Part shown: one piece after another, positions 13,680 through 29,800 of the stretch | How positions within the stretch are numbered: the first letter of the stretch is position 1 | How the letters are laid out: the number at the start of each line of letters is the position of its first letter | NCBI GenBank assembly: GCA_964016885.1 | Contig: OZ024742.1 | Coordinates: forward strand, 26,288,001 to 26,352,000 | Reading direction: 5' to 3' | Length of the DNA stretch: 64,000 nt | From: Eledone cirrhosa | Lineage: Eukaryota | The notes under the pieces: model-generated | Told to the model about the DNA's origin: nothing | The model's input: the letters and a program-made list of their open reading frames with translations, nothing else | Databases searched by the model: none | Position numbers and translations under genes: made by a program

Positions 13680-13753
<74 letters not shown>

Positions 13754-13882
13754 TCAACACCCATATTTATATATGTATGTATATATACGCAGTGGATGCT
13801 AGAATATATGCAGTAGTGTGCAAACATATTTTTCTATTTCAAAATATCTGTAATATCTGGCTATATAAAACATTATATATAC

Positions 13883-14043
13883 ATAATTGTTTCTATATTT
13901 GGCACAAGGCCAGCAATTAGCCAGTGCATTACTGGTACTTTATTTTATCGACCCCGTAAGGATGAAAAGCAAAGTTAACCTCGGCGGGATTTGAACTCAG
14001 ACGGTAAAGGGACATAACTATGCTCGAAAGCATGGTGTCCGAC
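13883..14043 (-). mobile_element. tRNA-derived SINE, 5'-truncated
   Basis: Reverse complement of the family core (CCTCGGCGGGATTTGAACTC and CTGGTACTTTATTTTATCGACCCCGTAAGGATGAAA). Confidence 0.9.
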
Positions 14044-14062
14044 ATTATATATACATAATAGA

Positions 14063-14253
14063 GGCGGTTGATTGGCAGTATCGGTAGAGGGCCAGACGCC
14101 TTGCTTTGAAGCATAGAGTTACCTCCCTTTATGATCAGAGTTCAAATCCCGCCGAGGTTAACTTTGCCTTTCATCCTTACGGGGTCGATACAATAAAGTA
14201 CCAGTAATGTACTGGATAATTGATGGTCTTGTGCCAAAAGTAGAAACAATTAT
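14063..14253 (+). mobile_element. tRNA-derived SINE, full length
   Basis: A-box, GAGTTCAAATCCC B-box, core and tail. 16-bp TSD ATTATATATACATAAT at 14044-14059 and 14249-14264. Confidence 0.92.
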
Positions 14254-14391
14254 ATATACATAATGAATCACTGTATCTTTGAATATGTTCGTGTCATCAA
14301 TGTTTGATTGCAACCCCAGCGAATCTTACAAACGATATTCTCTAATGAACATGTATGTTAACTTCTAACTGAGTATTTAAACATGTTTCTT

Positions 14392-14572
14392 AATAATTGT
14401 TTCTAGGGCACAAGGCCAGCAATTGCCTCATTGCATTAATGGTACTTTATTTTATCGATCCCGTAAGGTTGAAAGGCATAGTTAACTTCGCTGGGACTTA
14501 AATTCCGATCATAAAGGGCCGTAACTCTATGCTGTAAAGCATGACGTCCGACCCTCTACTGATACTGCCAAT
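14392..14572 (-). mobile_element. tRNA-derived SINE
   Basis: Reverse-complement family sequence ending GATACTGCCAA. Candidate TSD CTTAATAATT on both sides. Confidence 0.88.
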
Positions 14573-14796
14573 GTTACTTAATAATTTTGCATTATTTTAT
14601 ATGATCTCAACATATATACCCATATACACAAATACATATATACTAACATACATGCATACATACATTCATGCTAGCCTAAATACATACACACATGTATGCA
14701 TACATTGATCCATACATACATATATACATACAAACATACATATATGCATGCATGTATGCATATATGTACGCACATACGCATGTATGTGTGCATGTT

Positions 14797-14855
<59 letters not shown>

Positions 14856-15610
14856 TCATATATGTATGAGTGCATGTAAGTACGTATGTATACATGTATA
14901 TATGTGTAACATAGAAGCAGGGTTATTGACCTCCGTCAATTTCGACGACGAGTGTTTTCTTTCTTTGATCATCATATGTTCCATGAGATGGGTTTCTGAA
15001 AGGTTTACGTATTCCAAATTTCCTTTAAAAATTATATATTGCCTCACAGCTATGTTGAATGACATTTGCCTAAGAAGTCACACTTTGAGATCGAACTGTA
15101 CAAGAAACCATTGCGACACGAACTGTATAACCATTCGGCAATACTACGTCCCTATCAGACAGTAAAATAACTTAAATATCACATCCTCAACAGGGCATCA
15201 TCAAACATATGATTTTGATATCGTTTTAAATGCTATCACGTTCGTAGTATCTTATCACTATTGTGAGTTTTTTTAGACCTTAACTGAATTAGCACACTAA
15301 ATTTCTCCATAATATATAGCATGCTAAGAGTTTGGTGACCTTCATCAAATCCACTCGGATCGTTTTCAAAGGAAGTTATTTCTAATTTACATTAATTTAA
15401 TTGAATCCAGTAATTACATTAAATGTATGCTAACAATCGCTTCTTTCTAAAATTAGTTAGAAATATATTTTTGCCTTTATTGAACTTTGAATTCCCTACA
15501 GCGTTCTGAAGAGTTTTAATGAAAACTAGAAAATCTTATCGATCTGCAATTTCGTTTTTTTCACACATACAAACACATACAAACATTCACACGTACATTC
15601 ATACCCCCCG

Positions 15611-15693
<83 letters not shown>

Positions 15694-15898
15694 ATCAAAA
15701 GATGGTTAAAGGAGTTCCATATATTTTATTATGCGCATTTCAAAAACAAACATCATCAAGCAATAATATTTGTGTTTTCATCAGATAAAACAGGAGAACA
15801 TGATATGAAGGCTAAAAAAACACTTGTTGATAGTGCAGTTTTAAATCAACATATATATATATATGTATATCAACATATATATATATATATATATCAAC

Positions 15899-15936
<38 letters not shown>

Positions 15937-16463
15937 ACATATATTGGCATCGCGGTCAGGATTTTACCTATCTCTAAACCCACTCTGCATTTCTCCATGT
16001 ATTCTATACTCACATGATTAGGGGTCTCTTCAGTCTCAAAACTAAACACTCTCTCTCTTTCCCTCTCTCTCGGGCTCTTATATATTTGATATATATTTAT
16101 CCTTATCGAGCCCTCTTTGGATATTAGTCTCCACATTTATTGTTATTTCATATATATTTATATATATTTGTTTTGCAAGGCTTTTGATATGAATCGTGTG
16201 ACGAAACAAATATTGTTATACTTGTCGAGAGTTATATTAATGTTAGCTATGGCGATATTAAAGATAGAGCAGCGAAAACCAACCAAACACTGAGTGTTTC
16301 TGTTATTATTTCTTGCAATAATACAACAATATGACCGTCCCCAAGTATAACAATATATATATATATATATATATACTAAAACACATATTTTCCGGGCATT
16401 ATTCTTTTGCGAATCTTTTCTTTTGAGGCAATCCCTGCCCTTGTGCCGAAAGTAGAAACTTAT

Positions 16464-16659
16464 TGGGCGGTGAATTTGCAGTATCGGTAGAGGGTCAGAC
16501 TCCATGCTTTATCGCATAGAGTTACGGCCCTTGCCATTCTGAGTTCAAATCCTGCCGAGGTTAACTTTGCCTTTCATCCTTACGGTGGTCAATAAAATAA
16601 AGTACCAGCAATACACTGGGATAATTGCTCGCTTTCTGCCAATAGTAGAAACAATTATT
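16464..16659 (+). mobile_element. tRNA-derived SINE, full length
   Basis: GGCGGTGAATTTGCAGTATCGGTAGAG head, GAGTTCAAATCCTGCCGAGG, core and tail GTAGAAACAATTATT. A lone tail fragment precedes it at ~16439-16463. Confidence 0.92.
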
Positions 16660-16720
16660 CTTTTGCGTCATTATAAAACACGTTTATTCATCACATCTTT
16701 TTAGGATTCTTTCATCGTCC

Positions 16721-17885
16721 AAACACTACCACTGTCACTACCACCAATATTACCACCAACACTACCACCAATACTACACCAACACTACCACTGTCACTAC
16801 GACCAATACTACCACCAACACTACCATCAACACTATCACTACCACCAACACTACCACTGTCACTACCACCAATATTACCACCAACACTACCACCAACACT
16901 ATCACCAACACTATCACTACCACCAATATTACCACCAATACTACCACTGTCACTACGACCAATATTACCACCAACACTACCACCAACACTATCACTACTA
17001 CCAATATTACCACCAACACTGCCACCAACACTATCACCAACACTACCACCAACACTGTCACCAATATTACCATTAATATTACCACCAACACTACCACCAA
17101 CACTACCACCAACACTACCACCACCACTACCACTATCACTACCACCAATACTACCACCAACACTACCACTGTCACTACCACCAACACTACCACCAACACT
17201 ACCACCAACACTACCACCAACACTACCACTATCACTACCACCAATACTACCACCAACACTACCACTGTCACTACCACCAACACTACCACTATCACTACCA
17301 CCAACGCTACCACCAATACTACCACCAACATTACCACTATCACTACCACCAACGCTACCACCAATACTACCACCAACATTACCACTATCACTCCCACTAA
17401 CACTACCACCAATAATACCACCAACACTACCACTATCACTACCTCCAATACTACCACCAACACTACCACTATCACTCCCACTAACACTACAACCAATACT
17501 ACCACCAACACTACCACCAACACTACCGCAACCACCAACATTCCCACCAATACTAACACCAACACTACCACTATCACAACCACCAACACTACCAACAACA
17601 CTATCACTATCACCCCCACCAACCCTACCACCAATACTACCACCAACAGTACCACTATCACTAGCACCAACACTACCAGCAACACTACCACCAACACTAC
17701 CACTATCACTATCACCAACACTACCTCCAACACTACGATCACAACCAGTACATCTACCACCACCACGACCGTCACCACCACCAGCACATATATAACCACC
17801 ACCACCAACCTTCACCACCACCAGCATATCTACAACACCACCACAATCACCAACACCAGCACATCTACTAACACCAGCACCACCA
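16721..17885. repeat. Degenerate 12-bp minisatellite (ACCACCAACACT / ACCACTATCACT)
   Basis: Directly visible tandem units. They produce the low-complexity GGSV and VVVL ORFs. Confidence 0.95.
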
Positions 17886-20800
17886 CCACCACCATCACAA
17901 TCAACACCACCACACTCCGGATCATCATTATAACCATCACAATCATCATCATCACACTCCCCATCATCACAATAACCATCACAATCATCACCATCACACT
18001 TCCCACCATCAGTATAACCATCACAATCATAATCATCACAATCCCAATCATGACTATAACCATGACAATCATCACCATCATACTCCCCATCATCTCTATA
18101 ACCATCACAATCATCACCATCACACTCCCCATTATCACTATAATATCACAATCATCACCATGACATCCCCCTCATCACTATAACCATCACAATCATCACC
18201 ATCACATTCCCCACCATCACTATAACCTTCACACTAATCACCATCACACACCCCATCATCACTTTAACCATCACAATCATCACCATCACATTCCCATCTT
18301 CACTATAACCATCACACTAATCATCATCACACCACCCATCATCACTATAACCATCATAATCATCAACATCACATCCCCATCATCACTATAACCATCAAAA
18401 TCATCACCATCAAACTCCCCATCATCAATATAACCATCACACAAATCACCATCACACACCCCATCATCACTATAACCATCAAAATCATCACCATCACATC
18501 CCCATCATCACTATAAACATCAGAATCATCACAATCACACTCCCAATGATCACTATAACCATCACACTCATCACCATCACAATCATCACTATAACCATCA
18601 CAATCATCACCATCACACTCCCAATCATCACTATAACTATCACAATCATCACCATCACAATCATCACCATCACAATCATCACCATCACACTCCCAACCAT
18701 CACTATAACCATCACAATCATCACCATAACCATCACAATGATCATCATCAGAATCCCAATCACCACTATAATAAACACAATCATAACCATCATACTCCCC
18801 ATCATCAATATAACCATCACAATCATCACAATCACGCTCGCCATCATCACTATAACTGTCACAATCATCACCATCATCACTATAACCATCACTATAACCA
18901 TCACCATCACACTCGCCATCATCACTATAACCGTCACAATCATCACCATCACACTGCCCATCATCACTATAACCATCACACTGATCACCATCACACACCC
19001 CATCATCACTATAACCATCTCAGTCATCATCATCACACACCCATTCATCACTATAACCATCACAATCATCACCATCACACTATTCATAATCACTATAACC
19101 ATCACACTCATCACCATCACACTACCCATCATCACTATAACCATCACAATCATCACCATCACACTACCGATCATCACTATAACCATCACACTCATCACAA
19201 TCACACTCACCATCATCACTATAACCATCACAGTAATCACCATCACACTCCCCATCATCACTATAACAATCACAATCATCACCATCACACTACCCATCAT
19301 CACTATAACCATCACAGTCATCATCATCACACGCCCATTCATCACTATAACCATCACACTCATCACCATCACACACCCCATCATCACTATAACCATCACA
19401 ATCATCACCATCACATCCCCATCATCACTATAACCATCATAACCTTCACCATCACACTCATCACCATCACAATCATCACCATCACTATAACCATCACAAT
19501 CATCACCAACACACTCCCAATCATCACTATAACTATAACAATCATCACCATCAAAATCATCACCATCACTATAACTATCACAATCATCACCATCACACTC
19601 CCAATCATCACTATAACCATCACAATCATCACCATCACACTCCCAATCATCACTATAACCATCACAATCATCTCTATAATCATCACAATCATCACCATCA
19701 CACTCCCCATCATCACTATAACCATCACAATCATAACCATCACACTCCCTACCATCACTATAACCATCACAATCATCACCATGACATCCCCCTCATCACT
19801 ATAACCATCACAATAATCACCATCACATTCCCCACCATCACTATAACCTTCACGATCATCACCATCACACTCCCCATCATCACTATAATAATCACAATCA
19901 TCACTATCACACTCCCCATCATCACTATAACCATCACACTAATCACCATCACACACCCCATCATCACTTTAACCATCACAATCATCACCATCACATCCCC
20001 ATCATCACTATAACCATCACACTAATCATCATCACACCCCCATCATCACTATAACCATCATAATCATCAACATCACATCCCCATCATCACTATAACCATC
20101 ACAATCATCACCATCAAACTCCCCATCATCACTATAACCATCACACTAATCACCATCACACACCCCATCATCACTATAACCATCACAATCATCACAATCA
20201 CATCCCCATCCTCACTATAGCCATCAGAATCATCACCATCACACTCCCAATGATCACTATAACCATCACACTCATCACCATCACAATCATCACCATCACA
20301 ATCATCACCATCACTATAACCATCACAATCATCACCATCACACTCCCAATCATCACTATAACCATCACAATGATCACCATCACACTCCCAATCATCACTA
20401 TAACCATCACAATCATCATCATCATACTCCCCATCATCAATATAACCATCACAATCATCACCATCACACTCGCCATCATCACTATAACCGTCACAATCAT
20501 CACCATCATCACTATAACCATCACTATAACCATCACTATCATCACCATCACACTCGCCATCATCACTATAACCGTCACAATCATCACCATCACACTGCCC
20601 ATCATCACTATAACCATCACACTGATCACCATGACACATCCCATCATCACTATAACCATCTCAGTCATCATCATCACACGCCCATTCATCACTATAACCA
20701 TCACAATCATCACCATCACACTACACATCATCATTATAACCATCACACTCATCACCATCACACTACCCATCATCACTATAACCATCACAATCATCACCAT

Positions 20801-23800
20801 CACACTACCCATCATCACTATAACCATCACACTCATCACAATCACACTCACCATCATCACTATAACCATCACAGTAATCACCATCACACTCCCCATCATC
20901 ACTATAACCATCAGAATCATCACCATCACACTCCCAATCATCACTATAACCATCACAATCATCACCATCACACTTCCCATCATCACTATAACCATCACAG
21001 TCATCACCATCACACTCCCAATGATCACTATAACCATCACAATCATCACCATCACACTACCAATCATCACTATAACCATCACACTCATCACAATCACACT
21101 CACCATCATCACTATAACCATCACAGTAATCACCATCACACTCCCCATCATCACTATAACCATCACAATCATCACCATCACACTACCCATCATCACTATA
21201 ACCATCACAGTCATCATCATCACACGCCCATTCATCACTATAACCATCACACTCATCACCATCACACTCCCCATCATCACTATAACCATCACACTCATCA
21301 TCATCTCACACCCTATCATCACTATAACCATCACAATTATCACCATCACACTCCCCATGATCAATATAACCATCACAATCATCACCATCACACTCCCCAT
21401 CATCACCATAACCATCACAATCATCACCATCATCATTATAACCATAACTATAACCATCACAATCATCACTCTCATACTCCCCATCATCACTATAACCATC
21501 ACACTCATCATCATCTCACACCCTATCATCACTATAACCATCACAATTATCACCATCACACTCCCCATGATCAATATAACCATCACAATCATCACCATCA
21601 CCCTCCCCATCATCACTATAACCATCACAATCATCACCATCAGACTCCCCATCATCACTATAACCATCACAATCATCAACATCACACTCCCCTTCATCAC
21701 TATAACCATCACAATCATAACCATCACACTCCCCATCAACAATATAACCATCACAATCATCACCATCACATCCCCATCATCACTATAACCATCACACTAA
21801 TCATCATCACACTCCCATCATCACTATAACCATCATAATCATCAACATCACATCCCCATCATCACTATAACCATCACAATCATCACCATCAAAATCCCCA
21901 TCATCACTATAACCATCACAATCATCACCATCAAACTCCCCATCATCACTATAACCATCACACTAATCACCATCACACACCCCATCATCACTATAACCAT
22001 CACAATCATCACTATCACATCCCCATCCTCAATATAGCCATCAGAATCATCACCATCACACTCCCAATGATCACTATAACCATCACACTCATCACCATCA
22101 CAATCAACACCATCACAATCATCACCATCACTATAACCATCACACTCATCACCATCACACTCCCAATCATCACTATAACCATCACAATGATCACCATCAC
22201 ACTCCCAATCATCACTATAACCATCACAATCATCATCATCACACTCCCAATCACCACTAAAATAATCACAATCATAACCATCATACTCCCCATCATCAAT
22301 ATAACCATCACAATCATCACCATCACACTCGCCATCATCACTATAACCGTCACAATCATCACCATCATCACTATAACCATCACTATAACCATCATTATCA
22401 TCACCATCACACTCGCCATCATCACTATAACCGTCACAATCATCACCATCACACTGCCCATCATCACTATAACCATCACACTGATCACCATCACACATCC
22501 CATCATCACTATAACCATCTCAGTCATCATCATCACACGCCCATTCATCACTATAACCATCACAATAATCACCATCACACTACCCGTCATCATTATAACC
22601 ATCACACTCATCACCATCACACTACCCATCATCACTATAACCATCACAATCATCACCATCACACTACCCATCATCACTATAACCATCACACTCATCACAA
22701 TCACACTCACCATCATCACTATAACCATCACAGTAATCACCATCACACGCCCCATCATCACTATAACCATCACAATCATCACCATCACACTCCCCATCAT
22801 CACTATAACCATCACAATCCTCACCATCACATCCCCATCATCATTATAACCATCAGAATCATCACCATCACACTCCCAATGATCACTATAACCATCACAG
22901 TCATCATCATCACACGCCCATTCATCACTATAACCATCACACTCATCACCATCACACTCCCCATCATCACTATAACCATCACACTCATCATCATCTCACA
23001 ACCTATCATCAATTTAACCACACAATTATCACCATCACACTCCCCATGATCAATATAACCATCACAATCATCACCATCACACTCCCCATCATCACCATAA
23101 CCATCACAATCATCACCATCATCATTATAACCATAACTATAACCATCACAATCATCACCCTCATACTCCCAATTATCACCATCACCCTCCCCATCATCAC
23201 TATAACCATCACAATCATCACCATCAGACTCCCCATCATCACTATAACCATCACAACCATCACCATCACACTCCCCATCAACAATATAACCATCACAATC
23301 ATCACCATCACACTCCCCATCATCACTATAACCATCACAATCATCACCATCACACTCCCCATCATCACTATAACCTTCACAATCATCACCATCACACTCC
23401 TCATCATCACTATAATAATCACAATTATCACCATCACAATCATCACCATCCCATCCCCATCATCACTATAAACATCACAATCATCACCATCACACTCCCC
23501 ATCGTCACTATAACCATCACATTATCACCATCAAACGCCCCATCACCTCTATAACTATCACAATCATCACCATCACATCCCCCTCATCACTATAACCATC
23601 ACAATCATCACCATCACATTCCCCACCATCACTATATCCTTCACAATCATCACCATCACACTCCCCATCATGACTATAACCATCACAATTATCACCATCA
23701 CACTCCCCATCATCACTATAATCATCACAATCATCACCATCAAACTCCCAACCATCAATATAACTCTCACAATCATCACACTCCCCATCATCACCATCAC

Positions 23801-26800
23801 ACTCCCCATCATCACTATAACCATCACAATCATCACCATCAAACTCCCCATCATCACTATAATCATCACAATCATCACCATGACATGCCCCTAATCACTA
23901 TAACCATCACACTAATCACCCCCCCCACCATCACTATAACCATCACAATCATCAACATCACATCCCCATCATCACTATAACCATCACAATCATCATCATC
24001 GCACACCCCATCATCCCTATAACCATCACAATCATCACCATCACACTCCCCATCATCACTATAGCCATCGCAATCATCACCATCACACTCCAAATCATCA
24101 CTATAACCCCACAATCATCACCATCGCACTCCCCTTCATCACTATAGCCATCACAATCATCACCATCACTCTCGCAATCATCACTATAACCACAACAATC
24201 ATCACCATCGCAATCCCCTTCATCACTATAACCACCACAATCATCACCATCACACTCCCCATCATGACCATAACCATCACAATCTTCACCATCACACTCT
24301 CCACCATCACTATAACCATCACAATTATCACCATCACACCCCGATCATCACTATAATCATCACAATCATCACCATCAAACTCCCGACCATCAATATAACT
24401 CTCACAATCATCACCATCACACTCCCCATCATCATTAAAACCATCACACTCATCACCCTCTCACACCCTATCATCACTATAACCATCACAATCATCACAA
24501 TCACACTCCCCATGACCAATATAATAATACCAATCATAACCATCATACTCCCCATCACCACTATTACCATCACGATCATCACCATCACACTCCCCATCAT
24601 CACCATAACCATCACAATCATAACCATCACACTCCCCATCATCACTATAAACATCGCAATAATCACCATCACACTCCCCATCATCACTATAACCATCACA
24701 CTCATCATCATCTCACACCCTATCATCACTATAACCATCACAATTATCACCATCACACTCCCCATGATCAATATAACCATCACAATCATCACCATCACAC
24801 TCCCCATCATCACCATAACCATCACAATCATCACCATCATCATTATAACCATAACTATAACCATCACAATCATCACCCTCATACTCCCAATCATCACAAT
24901 CACCCTCCCCATCATCACTATAACCATCACAATCATCACCATCAGACTCCCCATCATCACTATAACCATCACAATCATCACCATCACACTCCCCTTCATC
25001 ACTATAACCATCACAATCATAACCATCACACTCCCCATCAACAATATAACCATCACAATCATCACCATCACACTCCCCATCATCACTATAACAATCACAA
25101 TCATCACCATCACACTCCCCATCATCACTATAACCTTCACAATCATCACCATCACACTCCCCATCATCACTATAATAATCACAATCATCACCATCACACT
25201 CCCCATCATCACTATAACCATCGCAATCATCACCACCCCATCCCCATCATCACTATAAATATCACAATCATCACCATCACACTCCCCATCATTACTATAA
25301 CCATCACAATTATCACCATCAAACTCCCCATCACCTCTATAACTATCACAATCATCACAATCACATCCCCCTCATCACTATAACCATCACAATCATCACG
25401 ATCACATTCCCCACCATCACTATATCCTTCACAATCATCACCATCACACTCCCCATCATCACTATAACCATCACAATTATCACCATCACACTCACCATCA
25501 TCACTATAATCATCACAATCATCACCATGACATGCCCCTCATCACTATAACCATCACACTAATCACCATCACCCCCCACCATCACTATAACCATCACAAT
25601 CATCAACATCACATCCCCATCATCACTATAACCATCACAATAATCACCATCAAACTCCCCATCATCACTATAATCATCGCAATCATAACCATCGCACTCC
25701 CCATCATCACTATAACCATCACAATCATCATCATCGCACACCCCATCATCCCTATAACCATCACAATCATCACCATCACACTCCCCATCATCACTATAGC
25801 CATCACAATCATCACCATCACACTCCCAATCATCACTATAACCCCACAATCATCACCATCGCACTCCCCTTCATTACTATAGCCATCACAATCATCACCA
25901 TCACACTCGAAATCATCACTATAACCACAACAATCATCACCATAGCAATCCCCTTCATCACTATAACCACCACAATCATCACCATCACACTCCCCATCAT
26001 GACTATAACCATCACAATATTCACCATCACACTCCCCACCATCACTATAACCATCACAATTATCACCATCACACCCCGATCATCACTATAATCATCACAA
26101 TCATCACCATCAAAGTCCCGACCATCAATATAACTCTCACAATCATCACCATCACACTCACCATCATCATTAAAACCATCACACTCATCACCCTCTCACA
26201 CACTATCATCACTATAACCATCACAATCATCACAATCACACTCCCCATCATCACTATAACCATCACAATCATCACCATCAAACTCCCCATCATCACTATA
26301 ACCATCACAATCATCACCATGACATGCCCCTCATCACTATAATCATCACACACCCATCATCACTATAACCATCACAATCATCAACATCACATCCCCATCA
26401 TCACTATAACCATCACGATCATCACCATCAAACTCCCCATCATCACTATAATCATCACAATCATAACGATCGCACTCCCCATCATCACTATAACCATCAC
26501 AATCATCATCATCGCACTCCCCATCATCCCTATAACCATCACAATCATCACCATCACACTCCCCATCATCACTATAGTCATAACAATCATCACCATCACA
26601 CTCCCAATCATCACTATAACCCCACAATCATCACCATCGCACTCCCCTTCATCACTATAGCCATCACAATCATCACCATTACACTCGCAATCATCACTAT
26701 AACCACCACAATCATCACCATCGCACTCCCGTTCATCAATATAACCACCACAATCATCACCCTCATACTCCCAATTATCACCATCACCCTCCCCATCATC

Positions 26801-29800
26801 ACTATAACCATCACAATCATCACCATCAGACTCCCCATCATCACTATAACCATCACAACCATCACCATCACACTCCCCATCAACAATATAACCATCACAA
26901 TCATCACCATCACACTCCCCATCATCACTATAACCATCACAATCATCACCATCACACTCCCCATCATCACTATAACCTTCACAATCATCACCATCACACT
27001 CCCCATCATCACTATAATAATCACAATTATCACCATCACAATCATCACCATCCCATCCCCATCATCACTATAAACATCACAATCATCACCATCACACTCC
27101 CCATCATCACTATATCCTTCACAATCATCACCATCACACTCCCCATCATGAATATAACCATCACAATTATCACCATCACACTCCCCATCATCACTATATC
27201 CTTCACAATCATCACCATCACACTCCCCATCATCACTATATCCTTCACAATCATCACCATCACACTCCCCATCATGAATATAACCATCACAATTATCACC
27301 ATCACACTCCCCATCATCACTATATCCTTCACAATCATCACCATCACACTCCCCATCATGAATATAACCATCACAATTATCACCATCACACTCCCCATCA
27401 TCACTATAATCATCACAATCATCACCATCAAACTCCCAACCATCAATATAACTCTCACAATCATCACACTCCCCATCATCACTATAACCATCACAATCAT
27501 CACCATCAAACTCCCCATCATCACTATAATCATCACAATCATCACCATGACATGCCCCTAATCACTATAACCATCACACTAATCACCCCCCCCACCATCA
27601 CTATAACAATCACAATCATCAACATCACATCCCCATCATCACTATAACCATCACAATCATCACCATCAAACTCCCCATCATCACTATAATCATCGCAATC
27701 ATAACCATCGCACTCCCCATCATCACTATAACCATCACAATCATCATCATCGCACACCCCATCATCCCTATAACCATCACAATCATCACCATCGCACTCC
27801 CCATCATCACTATAGCCATCGCAATCATCACCATCACACTCCAAATCATCACTATAAACCCACAATCATCACCATCGCACTCCCCTTCATCACTATAGCC
27901 ATCACAATCATCACCATCACACTCGCAATCATCACTATAACCACAACAATCATCACCATCGCAATCCCCTTCATCACTATAACCATCACAATCTTCACCA
28001 TCACACTCCCCACCATCACAATTATCACCATCACACCCCGATCATCACTATAATCATCACAATCATCACCATCAAACTCCCGACCATCAATATAACTCTC
28101 ACAATCATCACCATCACACTCCCCATCATCATTAAAACCATCACACTCATCACCCTCTCACACCCTATCATCACTATAACCATCACAATCATCACAATCA
28201 CACTCCCCATGACCAATATAATAATACCAATCATAACCATCATACTCCCCATCACCACTATGACCATCACTATCATCACCATCACACTCCCCATCATCAC
28301 CATAACCATCACAATCATAACCATCACACTCCCCATCATCACTATAACCATCGCAATCATCACCATCACACTCCCCATCATCACTATAACCATCACACTC
28401 ATCATCATCTCACACCCTATCATCACTATAACCATCACAATTATCACCATCACACTCCCCATGATCAATATAACCATCACAATCATCACCATCACACTCC
28501 CCATCATCACCATAACCATCACAATCATCACCATCATCATTATAACCATAACTATAACCATCACAATCATCACCCTCATACTCCCAATCATCACAATCAC
28601 CCTCCCCATCATCACTATAACCATCACAATCATCACCATCAGACTCCCCATCATCACTATAACCATCACAATCATCACCATCAAACTCCCAACCATCAAT
28701 ATAACTCTCACAATCATCACACTCCCCATCATCAATATAACCATCACAATCATCACCATCACACTCCCCATCATCACCATAACCATCACAATGATCACCA
28801 TCATCATTATAACCATAACTATAACCATCACAATCATCACCTCATACTCCCAATCATCACAATCACACTCCCCATCATGAATATAACCATCACAATTATC
28901 ACCATCACACTCCCCATCATCACTATAATCATCACAATCATCACCATCACACTCCCCTTCATCACTATAACCATCACAATCATAACCATCACACTCCCCA
29001 TCAACAATATAACCATCACAATCATCACCATTACACTCCCCATCATCACTATAACCATCACAATCATCACCATCATCATTATAACCATAACTATAACCAT
29101 CACAATCATCACCCTCATACTCCCAATCATCACAATCACACTCCCCATCATGAATATAACCATCACAATTATCACCATCAGACTCCCCATCATCACTATA
29201 ACCATCACAATCATCACCATCACACTCCCCTTCATCACTATAACCATCACAATCATAACCATCACACTCCCCATCAACATAACCATCAATATAACTCTCA
29301 CAATCATCACACTCCCCATCATCAATATAACCATCACAATCATCACCATCACACTCCCCATCATCACCATAACCATCACAATCATCACCATCATCATTAT
29401 AACCATAACTATAACCATCACAATCATCACCCTCATACTCCCAATCATCACAATCACACTCCCCATCATGAATATAACCATCACAATTATCACCATCACA
29501 CTCCCCATCATCACTATAATCATCACAATCATCACCATCACACTCCCCTTCATCACTATAACCATCACAATCATAACCATCACACTCCCCATCAACAATA
29601 TAACCATCACAATCATCACCATTACACTCCCCATCATCACTATAACAATCACAATCATCACCATCACACTCCCCATCATCACTATAACCTTCACAATCAT
29701 CACCATCACACTCCCCATCATCACTATAATAATCACAATCATCACCATCACACTCCCCATCATCACTATAACCATCGCAATCATCACCACCCCATCCCCA

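Larger units (their letters stand above)
13320..13680. mobile_element. Retrozyme-like non-autonomous element: partial tandem of a ~173-nt HHR monomer plus an inverted copy, flanked by (TA)n
   Basis: The HHR segment recurs at 13332 and 13505 (period 173), orientation inverts at ~13545, and (TA)n lies on both sides. Confidence 0.8.

Noticed and set aside
14063-14150. SINE heads as tRNA genes
   Set aside because: A and B boxes are present, but there is no cloverleaf and the heads are fused to a shared SINE core and tail.
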